A stretch of 64,000 bases of DNA from Eledone cirrhosa (taxonomy: Eukaryota): contig OZ024741.1 of assembly GCA_964016885.1 (NCBI GenBank), positions 156,302,001 to 156,366,000 of the forward strand, written 5' to 3'. The notes below the pieces were generated by a model. That model searched no databases, was not told the origin of the DNA, and saw only the letters and a list, made by a program, of their open reading frames with translations. Positions 52,501 through 64,000 of this stretch are shown piece by piece (position 1 is the stretch's first letter; each line of letters begins with the position of its first letter). A program made the position numbers and the translations under genes.

Positions 52501-54538
52501 GATAGAATATAATCTCCCTAGGAAAGAAGGAGGACGTGGGTTAATCCAGTTAGACATTGCGTTGAAAACTGCAACAATTGGATTATCTACATATCTAAGG
52601 GAATCACATGATTGGATGATCAAACTCGTTTTGAAACACGAAAGCATCAAAAGATCATATTCCATTACAAAAGATGCACAAAGATACAGTAATGGACTAC
52701 AAATTTCAGAAGTCCCATTTACTGCTGAAATGGAAAACACAGAAAAAGCAAAGCAGGTAAAAGTAACTGCAAAGAAAGAACTGCTACAGAAACTGGCTAA
52801 GAAATGGCAAGAAAAGCCTCTGTATGGAAAATACCCAGAGCGAGCTAACAATCCTGATGTTGACAAAACTTTAACCCATCAGTGGTTGGCATCCTCTGGA
52901 CTGAAATCGGAGACTGAAGGACTGATTATATCGGCACAAGATCAGTGTCTGCCAACAAAAAATTACCAAGCCAACATAATAAAAAATGGGTGCAGCCCAT
53001 TATGCCGTGTATGCAAAAAACAACCAGAGACCATTGACCATATAATTTCAATGTGCAGTCCTATAGCTCCAACCGAATACCTAAACAGGCATGACAGAGC
53101 TGCACAATACATACATTGGATAATGTGGAAGCATTTTGACCTGCCCCATCAAAAGAATTGGTGGGAGCATCAACCACATCCCATACTTGAAAAAGATCAC
53201 ATCTCAATCTTGTGGAACTTTAGCATCCAAACAGACAGAAAAATAGATGCAAACAGACCTGATATAATATTGAAAGACTTTCAAAAGAGGGTATGCCTGC
53301 TAATTGATATGTCTGTTCCAATAGACAAGAATGTATCTATAAAAACATTTGAAAAATTGAGCAAGTATAAGGACCTGGAGATAGAAATTGGAAAAATGTG
53401 GAAATTGAGAACTAAAACAATACCAGTGGTTGTAGGCGCTCTGGGAATGATACCTAAGGGGTCTAATGATTACTTATCGCGAATCCCAGGAAACCCGCGT
53501 ATAGGAGAAATACAAAAGATAGTACTAATGGGAACTGCCCATATACTAAGGAAGATTCTGTCAATATAAGTACATCACAAGTCTAAACACTAAAGATGCA
53601 TGTGTGAATATGTATGTTCTTTCTTGAACATGGCGGACCTTGTTGTCTCTTGAGGTCACTGGTTGTGACTTGGTGATAACTCGTATGAACATAAAGCAAG
53701 ATAAATGCCGTATTGTTGACCCCTCGTTACGTACTCTGTTTCTCCTCTGATGCACCTCATCGCAGACTCGACGTCTGCTTGGGAGAGTTTGTGGATCTTT
53801 TCGTCTCAGAAGAGATGCATCTGAAGACCAGAGTTCTCTTCTCCACCGCTTCTATGGCCTCTGCCGGGACAGTTAAGTTGGCCCAGGTTTGCTCCTGTTT
53901 GATGAGCTTCCATTCCTGGGCCAACTTTGTTTCCTCGTCTGTCAAGTCCATGTTGATGCATGGATTTTTCTTGGCTGCTGCCGCAGCGAAAGTGTTGTTG
54001 CTGTCGTTGTTCTTGTTGGTGTTCCTGCTGCTATATATATCTTCCAGCTATATCGTTCGTGCCGCCGCTGCTGCCCCTCTCGGTGCAGTTGGTATTGCTG
54101 CTACTGGTGCTGTTGTCGTTCTTTTTTTTTTACTGTTTTTGGTAATGTCGGTGTTGCTGCTGTTGTCATTTTAGTTCTCACTGTTGTTGGTGCTGGTGTT
54201 GGCGATATTGCCTGATGTGTTGTTACATTTTAAAATTGTTGCGGGAGGGGCAGCGTTACTCGCCTCAAAGTTTGACTCGCTGTCGCAAAACACCAATCTC
54301 GAGAGTGTGTGGGGGGCTGCACCATGTTCTTTTTTTATAAAAACTTTTTTTTTTAACACACAAAGTTTAAATATTTGGGCCAAAGGGCCCACATATTATG
54401 GGTAGTCCTTTCTTGGAGGCAAAGACTAAAGACGTATTTCCCGTTTGAAACAAAAATATTAATGACAAACGTATTTCAAACCGCAGAAAGAAACAAATTT
54501 ACGAGCTCTCGATAGTACGTCCATTCGCTTCAACGACC
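49561..54538 (-). mobile_element. Tx1/L1-clade LINE (putative ORF1 remnant, RT, CCHC), interrupted
   Basis: KSPGLDGLPYELY, NFRPITLLNTEFKILAK, KAFDRVDH, SVHQGCPLS, AYAD, GGLGLP, CPRC..ETVLHALVQC; ccaat(aat)n at both ends. Confidence 0.88.
52213..53712 (+). mobile_element. 5'-truncated Dong/R4-like LINE nested in the Tx1/L1 element
   Basis: YKYLGV, HPKADIDRI, GGRGL, AQDQCL, CRVC..HIISMC, RHD, NRPDII, IDMSVP, KLSKYKDL. Confidence 0.92.
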
Positions 54539-54552
54539 AATAATAATAATAA

Positions 54553-54945
54553 TAATTGTTTCTACTTTTGGCACAAGGCCAGCAATTACTCAGTGTATTA
54601 CTGGTACTTTATTTTATCGACCCTGTAAGGATGAAAGGTAAAGTTAATCTCGGCGGGATTAATCTTGCCCTTCATCATTACGGGATCGATAAAATAAAGT
54701 ACCAGTAATGCACTGGTTAATTGCTGGCCTTGTGCCTAGAGTAGAAACAATTATTATAATAATAAGGAAGAATGGTTTCTGATTTAGGCACAAGGCCAAC
54801 AATTTCAGGGGAGGGGTAAAGTCAATTAAATCCACCCAGTGTATTACTAGTGCTTTACTTTATCGCCCCCTCCCCCGTAAGGGTGAACAGCAAAGCGAAC
54901 TCTGGCAAGATTTGAACTGAGAACATAAAGCGCCGTAACTCTATG
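54553..54945. mobile_element. Three SINE fragments in -, +, - orientation
   Basis: 54553-54660 and 54665-54757 form an inverted pair; 54775-54945 is older. Confidence 0.8.
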
Positions 54946-55195
54946 TAGCCAAGAGATATTCTTAAAAACAAGAGACTGAGAGAAAATAGTGCTGACTGGC
55001 AATGTCCATGTCCTGATAATTTAAAAAACCCTTCAAAGATATTTAATGTTGTTTGTGCTCTTGTGGCATCAATTGTTTGACAATTGATTGTAAAATGCGA
55101 GTATTATCAAATTTTACCTCAGGTGTCAGGTTGGCACTTGGCATGTTTTGAGAAAGAAGTTGAATTCAAAGGAAGTTTCAAATAATAATAATAAT

Positions 55196-56722
55196 TTCTT
55201 TATTGACTACAAAACGTTTACATTACGAAAACATTTAGCATTGCACATGACAAAACATTGCGCGCGCGCGTATGCATGTGTGAGTGAGTGTGCATGTGTG
55301 TGTGGGGCGGGGGGTGGGTGCATGTGTGTGTGTGTGTGTGTAGGTGTGTGGTTTTTGCGTGAAATAGGTTTAATGAAATAAAAGAGCGGTAACAATAAAA
55401 TTATAACTGGTTATTCCTCAATAGGGTGAGATGACCGAGGACTACTCGTGTAAAAAGCCCATAAAAGCACTGATGCCCTGACCTCTAGACCAAGTGCCTT
55501 CTCTCAGTACTTCAGTTCCGGCTTTCAGGTGTATACTCATGGCAGCCTCATTCAGACGGACCATGCTCGCTACACTCATCCACATTTCAACAAAATGGCT
55601 AGAGGGCAATACTTCCCTCTCCGTTCGGATATTGTTCCTCAAGTGAAACTTGAAGAAATTGATGAAGCATTGGCAAAAGACGAAAGAAGCTGTTTGTCTT
55701 CAGTCTTTTCAATCATGTCCACCTTACAATTTATTTCGCCTTGGCCACATAGTCTATAAAAACTGGCTGGCCTTCTCGCTTAAAAAAAGTCGGCGGCGCT
55801 ATATTCACGACGGCTTTAGATGATACCTGGATCCGTCCTTCACGTGAAAGCAGCTGTTAGATATAAACCCACAGGTCAGCAATGCTCGCACTCTGTACTT
55901 GTGCATGCAGGACATTTTCGTTTCGTTGTGCATGAATCTCTGACATACTCAGCTGATGCCACTTCGGTGCCTGTAGAGTTTATCTCGAACCAACAATGGT
56001 CCTCGTCAGCAATGCCACCAGGGCATCTCTGTAAGATATCCATCGGCCCTTGACAGAACGTTCTCCTAGAGAATGGCTAGTTGATCGCCTTCGACACCTA
56101 GGCTCTTCACAAGAAAGTCGTCGCTTTTCGTCCCCACTTATCTTCTAACGAACTCTAACGAACATTGTGCCCAACTGGTAGAGGACTGTGAGCACTTAAA
56201 AACATTGTAGTTTTCATGTGTCCCCTCACGGTATTTGCTTGACCAAGGACTGTAGCTCCATCAAGGAAACGAGTTGGAAGAACACGTATCTTGCAAATGG
56301 CAACCATACCTGATCACCTTCAAGGAAATGCTGGAGATGTTGTAGCCTCAGCGCATGTTTACACATCATCAACTACGACATTCCCAGTTCTCCTTGCCGC
56401 GGGGAGTTGACAGTAGATTGACAGTGTAATCATTGGAGCATGTCCCTTCCACAAAACCGAAAATAAAGGTGCTCCTGTGGAGCTAGACGTGGACCGGGTC
56501 AAGGCACTAGGGTCAGGTGGTAGTAGAAGATGGTGACGACATACGCATTCACCACCCCCACTCGACGATTCAGGTTTAATTATCTCTCGGCATATTTCTG
56601 AGTGAGAGACGACTTCCTGCTTACCACGTTCCAGATTTTGTTCATCTGGAGGTCTGTACCGAACCAGATCCTGTGCAATTTAAACAGCCCACCGGTCCCG
56701 CAAACAACGACGCTGCTGGACA
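55196..56722 (-). mobile_element. Older Tx1/L1-clade 3' fragment
   Basis: Colinear with about 49561-51020 (IRTEREVLPSSHFVEMW); (ATT)n tail. Confidence 0.85.
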
Positions 56723-56754
56723 TTCGCTTCACAATCATCAGCTCCAAGATTTAA

Positions 56755-57045
56755 TCCTATTGCACACTCTATTGAGCAAATGGCATTTACGATAGCCCTG
56801 GATTGATCCAAGGCTTGTGAGTGAAATTGGGTGGATAAAAACTGTTTCGCATCGCGATAGATGGACTGTACATGTAGTTCAAAGGTACGGTTTTGTCATA
56901 TACCGTGTTACGCTGAATCATGTCTAGAATTATGCTCAAGATACATTTATCTAACGAATATTCAGGCAATTACCTGTTCAATTCACGACGAACAACTTGT
57001 TCCGTTGATTGAATTGGAACCTTCATCGTCGAGACAGACGGAAAT
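56755..57045 (+). mobile_element. Older SINE, second family
   Basis: Similar to 31960-32230. Confidence 0.55.
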
Positions 57046-57418
57046 CCATTCCATCCCCTACATTTGAAAATCTGTACCACCGCAGCCTCCTTAGCGCCGT
57101 TGATTATTTGATGACATTCAAACAATCAATTATTTATTTTCAACGAATGTAATAATTAAAAATAGTGTGTTATCAGTGGGATTTCAGGACAAGTTACACT
57201 CTTTGGAAAGAATTGGTGATTGATGGGGCGGAGCGGTTAGCGAAAATGGAATGAAAAGATGTGAGGGGAAGAGCAATTCCTAGAATTTCTCATTCTGAAT
57301 TGACAAAGCGGGGTGATGTTTCATCAACCGTTATTGACGCTGATGAGATGAGATATCTCGAGAGACTGTTATTTAAACACGCAACATATATCATTCCCTC
57401 ACAATTTGAGGAAGATGA

Positions 57419-57457
<39 letters not shown>

Positions 57458-57774
57458 CGGTGGTGGTGGTGGTGATGATAGACAATATGGCGACGTGCAG
57501 CTTGTATAAACGAGGTCAGATTTCGGGATTAGATGGAATACAATTGTCGGATTCTATCTGATACAGGCAGCAGTGGCATTTTTGTCTCTCTTTTGCCGTC
57601 AGCTTTATATAGACGAGGGAGTGAGAAAAGTCAGCTTCAAAACCAATAGTTTCCATACTAATAAACGCCTATATATAGGACTCCCCCGTCGATTCGACGT
57701 ATGAGGGTTCAACTGTCTTTTCAGCTCATTATTTTACGTTGATGCCTTAAATGGCACTTCAATCTAGCTGCTGG

Positions 57775-57871
<97 letters not shown>

Positions 57872-58065
57872 GCGCGCACACTCACACACACACACACACT
57901 TTCCGTTATTTTCAAATAAATATTACTCCGTTCCTGCATGAACCAATGGATACCACATCTACGATGGACGAGTTGCGTAACCTAGAGTGCTTTTCATACT
58001 ATTACATCATGGTTTAATAACCGGAATGACCAGTTCTACCCATTGGTAAACCACACAACATAAAT

Positions 58066-58100
<35 letters not shown>

Positions 58101-58306
58101 ATATTGTTATATTTTGGGAGGATCATACTGCCAATAAAATCAAATGCACTTCAATTTATTATAAATATTCGGTTGATTGATTCAGTAACGGGATGGTTGT
58201 TTATATATTGTCAAAGATTTTTCTTCACACATTCCTTGACCTCCTCACTCCCTGATTTCTTATTTTGTGTCTCTCCTTTGTTCTCTCCTACACAATCTTG
58301 TTTTTG

Positions 58307-58573
<267 letters not shown>

Positions 58574-59236
58574 ATATATATATATATAGTAATAATAATA
58601 AATTTGAAGACTAAAATCCAAAGAGAACTCGATAAGGATAAATATATATCAAATATATAAGAACCGTAGAGCAAATATTTATTAAAATAACAGATTAACG
58701 TTTAAGTAAAGAATCGCTGCTTTCACCTCTTCTGAAACCAAAAAAATCAATCTGTGAACGCAGAAGTAAATATTTCGAAAAACGTTGCAACAGAAGGAAA
58801 TCAGGAAGACGATATTTTGGTTCGTGAAGACGTTTCCTGGCAATGAACGGAAAAAAGAACATACTACGTCGTTGTGAGGAGCAGTTAGAACAATTACACG
58901 CAAAGACAAAACCACGTTTATGGTATAAATGAAGTCGTAGACTAATATTCTATTTAGGAAACCGAATGATTCTCGGCTTCAGAGTTAAGAATAATGTAAA
59001 TAAATTAGTAGAACGAAAATGACAGAGGTTATTAACATCAATAATAATTAAATATATACATACACGCATCTATATACATACACGTGCATACGCGAAAATA
59101 CCCCCACCCCCCATGTATACATATATATGCATGTACACATAGACACGCGCATACATACATAAACCCGCGCGACGCATCTACCCTCACACATACAAATGTA
59201 TACACCAAATACACATAAAATATATATATATATATA

Positions 59237-59645
59237 TTAGGATTGGTGCTCTGAAATAGCGATGTATACATGAATGTATGTATAGTATATTTGGTGATAT
59301 ACAGTGTATCATCAAATATACTATACATACATTCATGTATACATCGCTATTTCAGAGCACCAATCCTAATTTTTTATTTTTGCTGGACCGGCAATCGCTC
59401 TGTATAATCATTATTACTGGAATTCTATAAGAATCCAGCCTCTATAATTTTCGGTAGAGGTCGGCGAGTACTAGGCTCTGGTGAACACCAGCAGTGTGAA
59501 ACAGAGCTGTCAGCTTATCTCCCTTCCTTTGCTGAAAAAAGAAGTAAGTGACATAGTCACTACTTCAAAATAATAGCGCAAGGTCTTTAAAATGTTCTTA
59601 ATTAAACATATAGTATATCACCAAATATGCTATACATACATTCAT
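59237..59645 (+). mobile_element. Retrozyme-like unit: about 309-bp monomer, terminal redundancy and 5' fold-back, with HHR
   Basis: 59304-59336 repeats at 59613-59645; 59237-59370 is palindromic; HHR at 59473-59516. Confidence 0.75.
59473..59516 (+). ncRNA. Type I hammerhead (CUGGUGA variant)
   Basis: aggct-CTGGTGA-acac cagca gtgt-GAAA-cagagctGTC-agctt. Confidence 0.75.
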
Positions 59646-61642
59646 ATATATATATATGTGTGTGTGTTTGTGTGTATGTTTGTGTGTGTGTGTATACATA
59701 TAATTATATAAACGTATATAAATATAAAGATAAATACGTATATAGTGCACGCACACACATACCTACAGGTAAATACACATATGTTCACCAAACGTACGTC
59801 AACCAAAACACAATCTACACATATACGCACCTTACATACGTGCAAACACGCATACACGCATTCACACACAAACACAAAATACATATATACACATAACAAT
59901 ATACACATATACCAGTATATATAATATATACACCTATAACAAATACAAGCATATATACGTACAAGAAAGTATACGTACCTTCACAAAACATACAGGTAAG
60001 ATATATTTACCTTTACAAATGAGTAATGGTATAAACATAAAATATACTTAGCTACCACATCAAGACTTAAATTATCCGCGTATTGTCCGTACTATCCGTT
60101 AGTGTATAATGTGGGGCTGTAATACAGGAAAGTTTTATGCATTTTGTATTTTCAAGCCGAAATTGCCTCAGATTTTTTGTTTAAGATGTGGTCATTGGCG
60201 TAGAGTATTTCCAGGGCTTCAGCGGCGCAAAGATCGCATGGTCTTTTATTTCCGTTATATGATCTAGCCTTAGCTAGGATCTCCCATTGTAACTTATATT
60301 GGGTGTGGTTGTCTTCTAGACTCCAGATATAATCTCAAAGGGACGTCATATTCCTTCTTAAAGGGTAAAGTAAAGAATGGGTGTGCATGTAAAGAGGCTG
60401 CTTGAATCTATTGGCGGTTAACCCTATGTAGGCCCTACGGGATAAAGGTGTTTCGACCTTACATTTGTAGACAATGTTACTGGAGAGGCATTTCCCGGAT
60501 AGAGGGAAGTCAATCCGATTCCTACAATTACATTTAGTACTAGATACAGGGTTGCACGAGTTCCTACGGCTAGGTAATTTACCTAAATTTGAAGCAGTGA
60601 TGTTATGTGCAAGGTTAGGAGTCGTAGAGTAAGATATTTTAATGGTATTTCTATAAAAAAATGTTATTATATTTATGTGGTGAGGGGAAATACTTCTTAA
60701 TAAGGGAGAGAAAGATCTTAGCTAAAGGTGTGACCACCTCCATATTATTTGGTGGGTTATACCATATAATGCGTCGGGATCTACTTTTCCTTGGTGTATG
60801 CTCATACTTAGTATATGCTACCTTATCGACAAATCCACTCCGAGCAAGAGCTTCATTGTAATATGTGGAATGGTCGGTCAAAATATGCTCGTTTGTAGAT
60901 AGACGGGAAAGCCTCAACGAAACGTTTCTTACCAGGTTCTTGGTTATGCTGGAAGGATGGTTAGAATGCTTAGTTATGTAATTAAGCGTATCATTCGGCT
61001 TTCTATACGGGTAGTATAGAAAGCCGAATGATACGCTTAATTACATAACGACGTATTATCTGCGCTTTTTTTCGTTCATTGCTAAGGAACATCTTCACGA
61101 ACCAAAGTATCGTCTTCCTGTTTTCCTTCGGTTGCAACGTTTTTCGAAATATTTACTTCTGCGTTCACAGATTGATTTTTTAAAATTCAGAAGATCCCGT
61201 TAAGGGTGAAAGCAGCAATTCTTTGCTTAAAATTTAATCTGTTATTTTAATAAATATTTGCTCTAGGGTTCTTATATATTTGATATATATTTATCCTTAT
61301 CGAGCCCTCTTTGGATTTTAGTCTTCACATTTATTATTATTACTATATAGATATAGTTAAGACAAGTTGGTAACATAATCATATAAAACAAAGAATAATT
61401 CAAAGATCAAATGTGATTTTATAGTCCAGATCAAGATAGGCAGATGACAGTTCAGAGTTAATGCAATCGGTTATTTTCCAGTCACAGTAGTTTTACAATA
61501 TCGCAGAGCATATATAAAAGAATAAAATAACAGGATTAAAGTACATTGAATTCTTCGATTTACGAATGTCTGATAGAAACGTTCGTAATTCAATTGAATA
61601 ATTAAATGTAATATAATCCTGTTATTTTATATAAATATATAT

Positions 61643-61827
61643 ATGGGAAAATGAATGTCCCCGACGTCAGAGCTCAAGCCGTTTCGACGGCTATTTCTGG
61701 ACTCAGAAATAGCCGTTGAAACGGCTTGAGCTCCACCGTCGGGGACATACATTTTCCTATTACCTACTCTACTACCTTAAGTATTGAGTACTCTAGTGCG
61801 TTACGGTTCCTTTCCACAACTCCTTCG

Positions 61828-61829
<2 letters not shown>
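61643..61829. mobile_element. Palindromic copy of the 533-733 family
   Basis: 61643-61760 is an imperfect palindrome followed by the shared tail. Confidence 0.8.
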
Positions 61830-61866
<37 letters not shown>

Positions 61867-61871
61867 TATAT

Positions 61872-62178
61872 TGTTATACTTTGGGAGGGTTATGGTGCCA
61901 ACAAAAAACACACGCACCAGTTGCTTTCACTCCAATTTATTATAAATTAAATTTATAAATTTAAGAATTTATAAATTTCCGGTTACCGTCCGGTTGTGGA
62001 ACCAACCAACCAACCGGAAATTTATAAATTCTTAAATTTATGAATTTAATTTATAATAAATTGGAGTGAAAGCATCTGGTGCGTGTGTTTCTTATTGGCA
62101 ACATGACCCTTCCAAAGTATAACAATATCGGTTTCAACACACGTTTTCATATAAAGAATCTTGCTAAACAAATTCAGA

Positions 62179-62185
<7 letters not shown>
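61872..62185. repeat. Fold-back copy of the 4455 repeat family
   Basis: Inverted arms of about 110 bp, attgttatactttgg... / ...ccaaagtataacaat. Confidence 0.8.
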
Positions 62186-62219
<34 letters not shown>

Positions 62220-62226
<7 letters not shown>

Positions 62227-63725
62227 ATAATAATAAATTTGAAGACTAAAATCCAAAGAGGGCTCGATAAGGATAAATATATATCAAATATATAAGAACC
62301 GTAGAGCAAATATTTATTAAAATAACAGATTAAAGTTTAAGCAAAGAATCGCTGCTTTCACCCTTAACTGGATCTTCTGAAACTGACAAAGTCAATATGT
62401 AAACGCAAAAGTGGATATTTTAAAAAACGTTGCAACCGGAGGAAGACAGGAAGACGATACTTTGGTTCGTGGAAACGTTCGCTGGCAAAGAACGGAAAAA
62501 AACGAATATAATACGTCATTAATAGGAGCGGGAAAAACAATTACGCGCAAAGACAGAACCACGTTTATGGTATAAAAGAGGTCGTAGACTAATGTTCTCT
62601 TAGGTGGTTCATAGAGACGTTCTCTGGCAATGAACGAAAAAAACGAAGATAATACGTCATATGTGGAGCGTGGAGAACAATAGCACGCAAAGACAAAACC
62701 ACGTAAATGGTATAGCAGAAGTCGTAGACTAAAATTCTAACTAGGAGACCGAATGAATCTCCGCTTACAGAGTTAAGAACAAAGTAAATAAATACAATAC
62801 AGAAGTAATAGAAATAAATAAATACATACACGCAAACAAATACGTACATACACAAGCATACGCAAAACACTTACCATAGGTATACAAAACCACGCACATA
62901 TAAATATGTGTGTGTATGCGTGTATACAAATAAATAAATAATTATATAAACGTATATAAATAAATAAATAAATACGTATATAACATGCGCACACACATAC
63001 CTACATGTAAATACACGAATGTTCGGAGACGTAAGTCAACCAAAACATGAAGTACACATATATACACACACTACATATGTACGAACCTGCATACTCACAC
63101 AGACGCAAAACTCCCGTATACACATAGCCAACCCATATGTACCAGAATATATAAAATTATACGCCATAACATAAACAATCAAATATACGTACGAGAAAGT
63201 ATACGTACCTTCACAAAACATACGGGTAAAATATACTTACCTATGCAAATAAGTAATGGTATAAACAAAACATATACTTAGCTCCCACATCAAGACGTAA
63301 AATATCCACGTATAAATCGTACTATCCGTTAGGATATAACGTGGGGCTGTAATACAGGAAAGTTTAGTGCAATTTATGTTTACAAGCCGAAATTGCCTCA
63401 GATTTTTTGTTTAAGATGTGGTCTGTGGCGTAGAGTATTCCCAGGGCCTCAGCGGCGCAGAGGTCACATGGTCTTTTATTTCCGTTATACGATCTAGCCC
63501 TAGCTAGGATCTCCCAGTGTAACTTATATTGGGTGTGGTTGTCTTTTAGACTCCAGATATAAGCTGAAAGTGACGTCATATTCCTTCTTAGAGGGTAACG
63601 AAAAGAATGGGTATGCATGTAAAGACGCTGCTTGAATCTATTGGCGGTTAACCCTATGTAGGCCCCACGGGACGTGGGTGTTACAACCTTACATTTGTAG
63701 ACAATGTTACTAGAGAGGCATTTCC
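62220..63725 (-). mobile_element. Second copy of the 58587 PLE family (GIY-YIG plus 3' UTR)
   Basis: TSLSAYIWSLK..WEILARA..CDLCAAE..LNKKSEAISACKH; colinear with 58587-60495; internal duplication near 62445-62740. Confidence 0.85.
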
Positions 63726-64000
63726 TGAGAATACATTTATAAATAAATGTATTCTCTTTTCTCCTAGTTTATTTTACATCTGATTCTGTTTAATTGACTG
63801 TATATCTAGGCGATTACGCTGTCGAAATATTCGATAAATATTCCGTCGCAGCCGGCGCGAAGGGCTGGTTTCGGTTATTTGTTGGAGATTTCTTCATAGA
63901 AGCCTTGGGAGAGGAAATGGTATATATTTTATCTGGTGATTCTATAGACATATTTTATGATATATAGCTCTGATTATTTAATTTATTAACTTTTCATTGA

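Larger units (their letters stand above)
58587..61345 (-). mobile_element. PLE (RT thumb, GIY-YIG, 3' UTR) with inverted LTR segment at its 5' end
   Basis: Minus translation IIWYNPP, KCNCRNRIDFPLSGKCLSSNIVYKC..AYIGLT; 61030-61345 is the inverse of 58587-58870; small fold-back at 60970-61050. Confidence 0.85.

Noticed and set aside
57338-57370. CTGATGA followed by a short hairpin
   Set aside because: No GAAA box or closing stems
57640-57680. CCAAT plus TATA-like promoter
   Set aside because: Expected by chance in AT-rich DNA; no downstream gene

Overview
AT-rich, microsatellite-saturated eukaryotic intergenic or intronic DNA with no supportable host gene. The SINE families recall octopus/cephalopod genomes (inference). 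Nearly all non-simple sequence is retroelement-derived: many Penelope-like element (PLE) fragments (RT and GIY-YIG), two REL-type Dong/R4-like LINEs, two Tx1/L1-clade LINEs, RTE pieces and internally deleted RTE derivatives, two CRE-like fragments and more than 20 tRNA-derived SINEs. The main signal is a dense set of type I hammerhead ribozyme (HHR) motifs from several unrelated sequence families. Some lie in PLE 3' pseudo-LTRs. Four lie in short non-coding units (about 309, 420, 516 and 635 bp) inserted in or beside (TA)n as more-than-unit-length tandems, two with a 5' fold-back inversion. That pattern fits PLE-mobilised retrozyme-like circular RNAs. Fold-back palindromes and nested inverted repeats occur throughout. 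Coordinates and folds were read by eye, and element ends are approximate.
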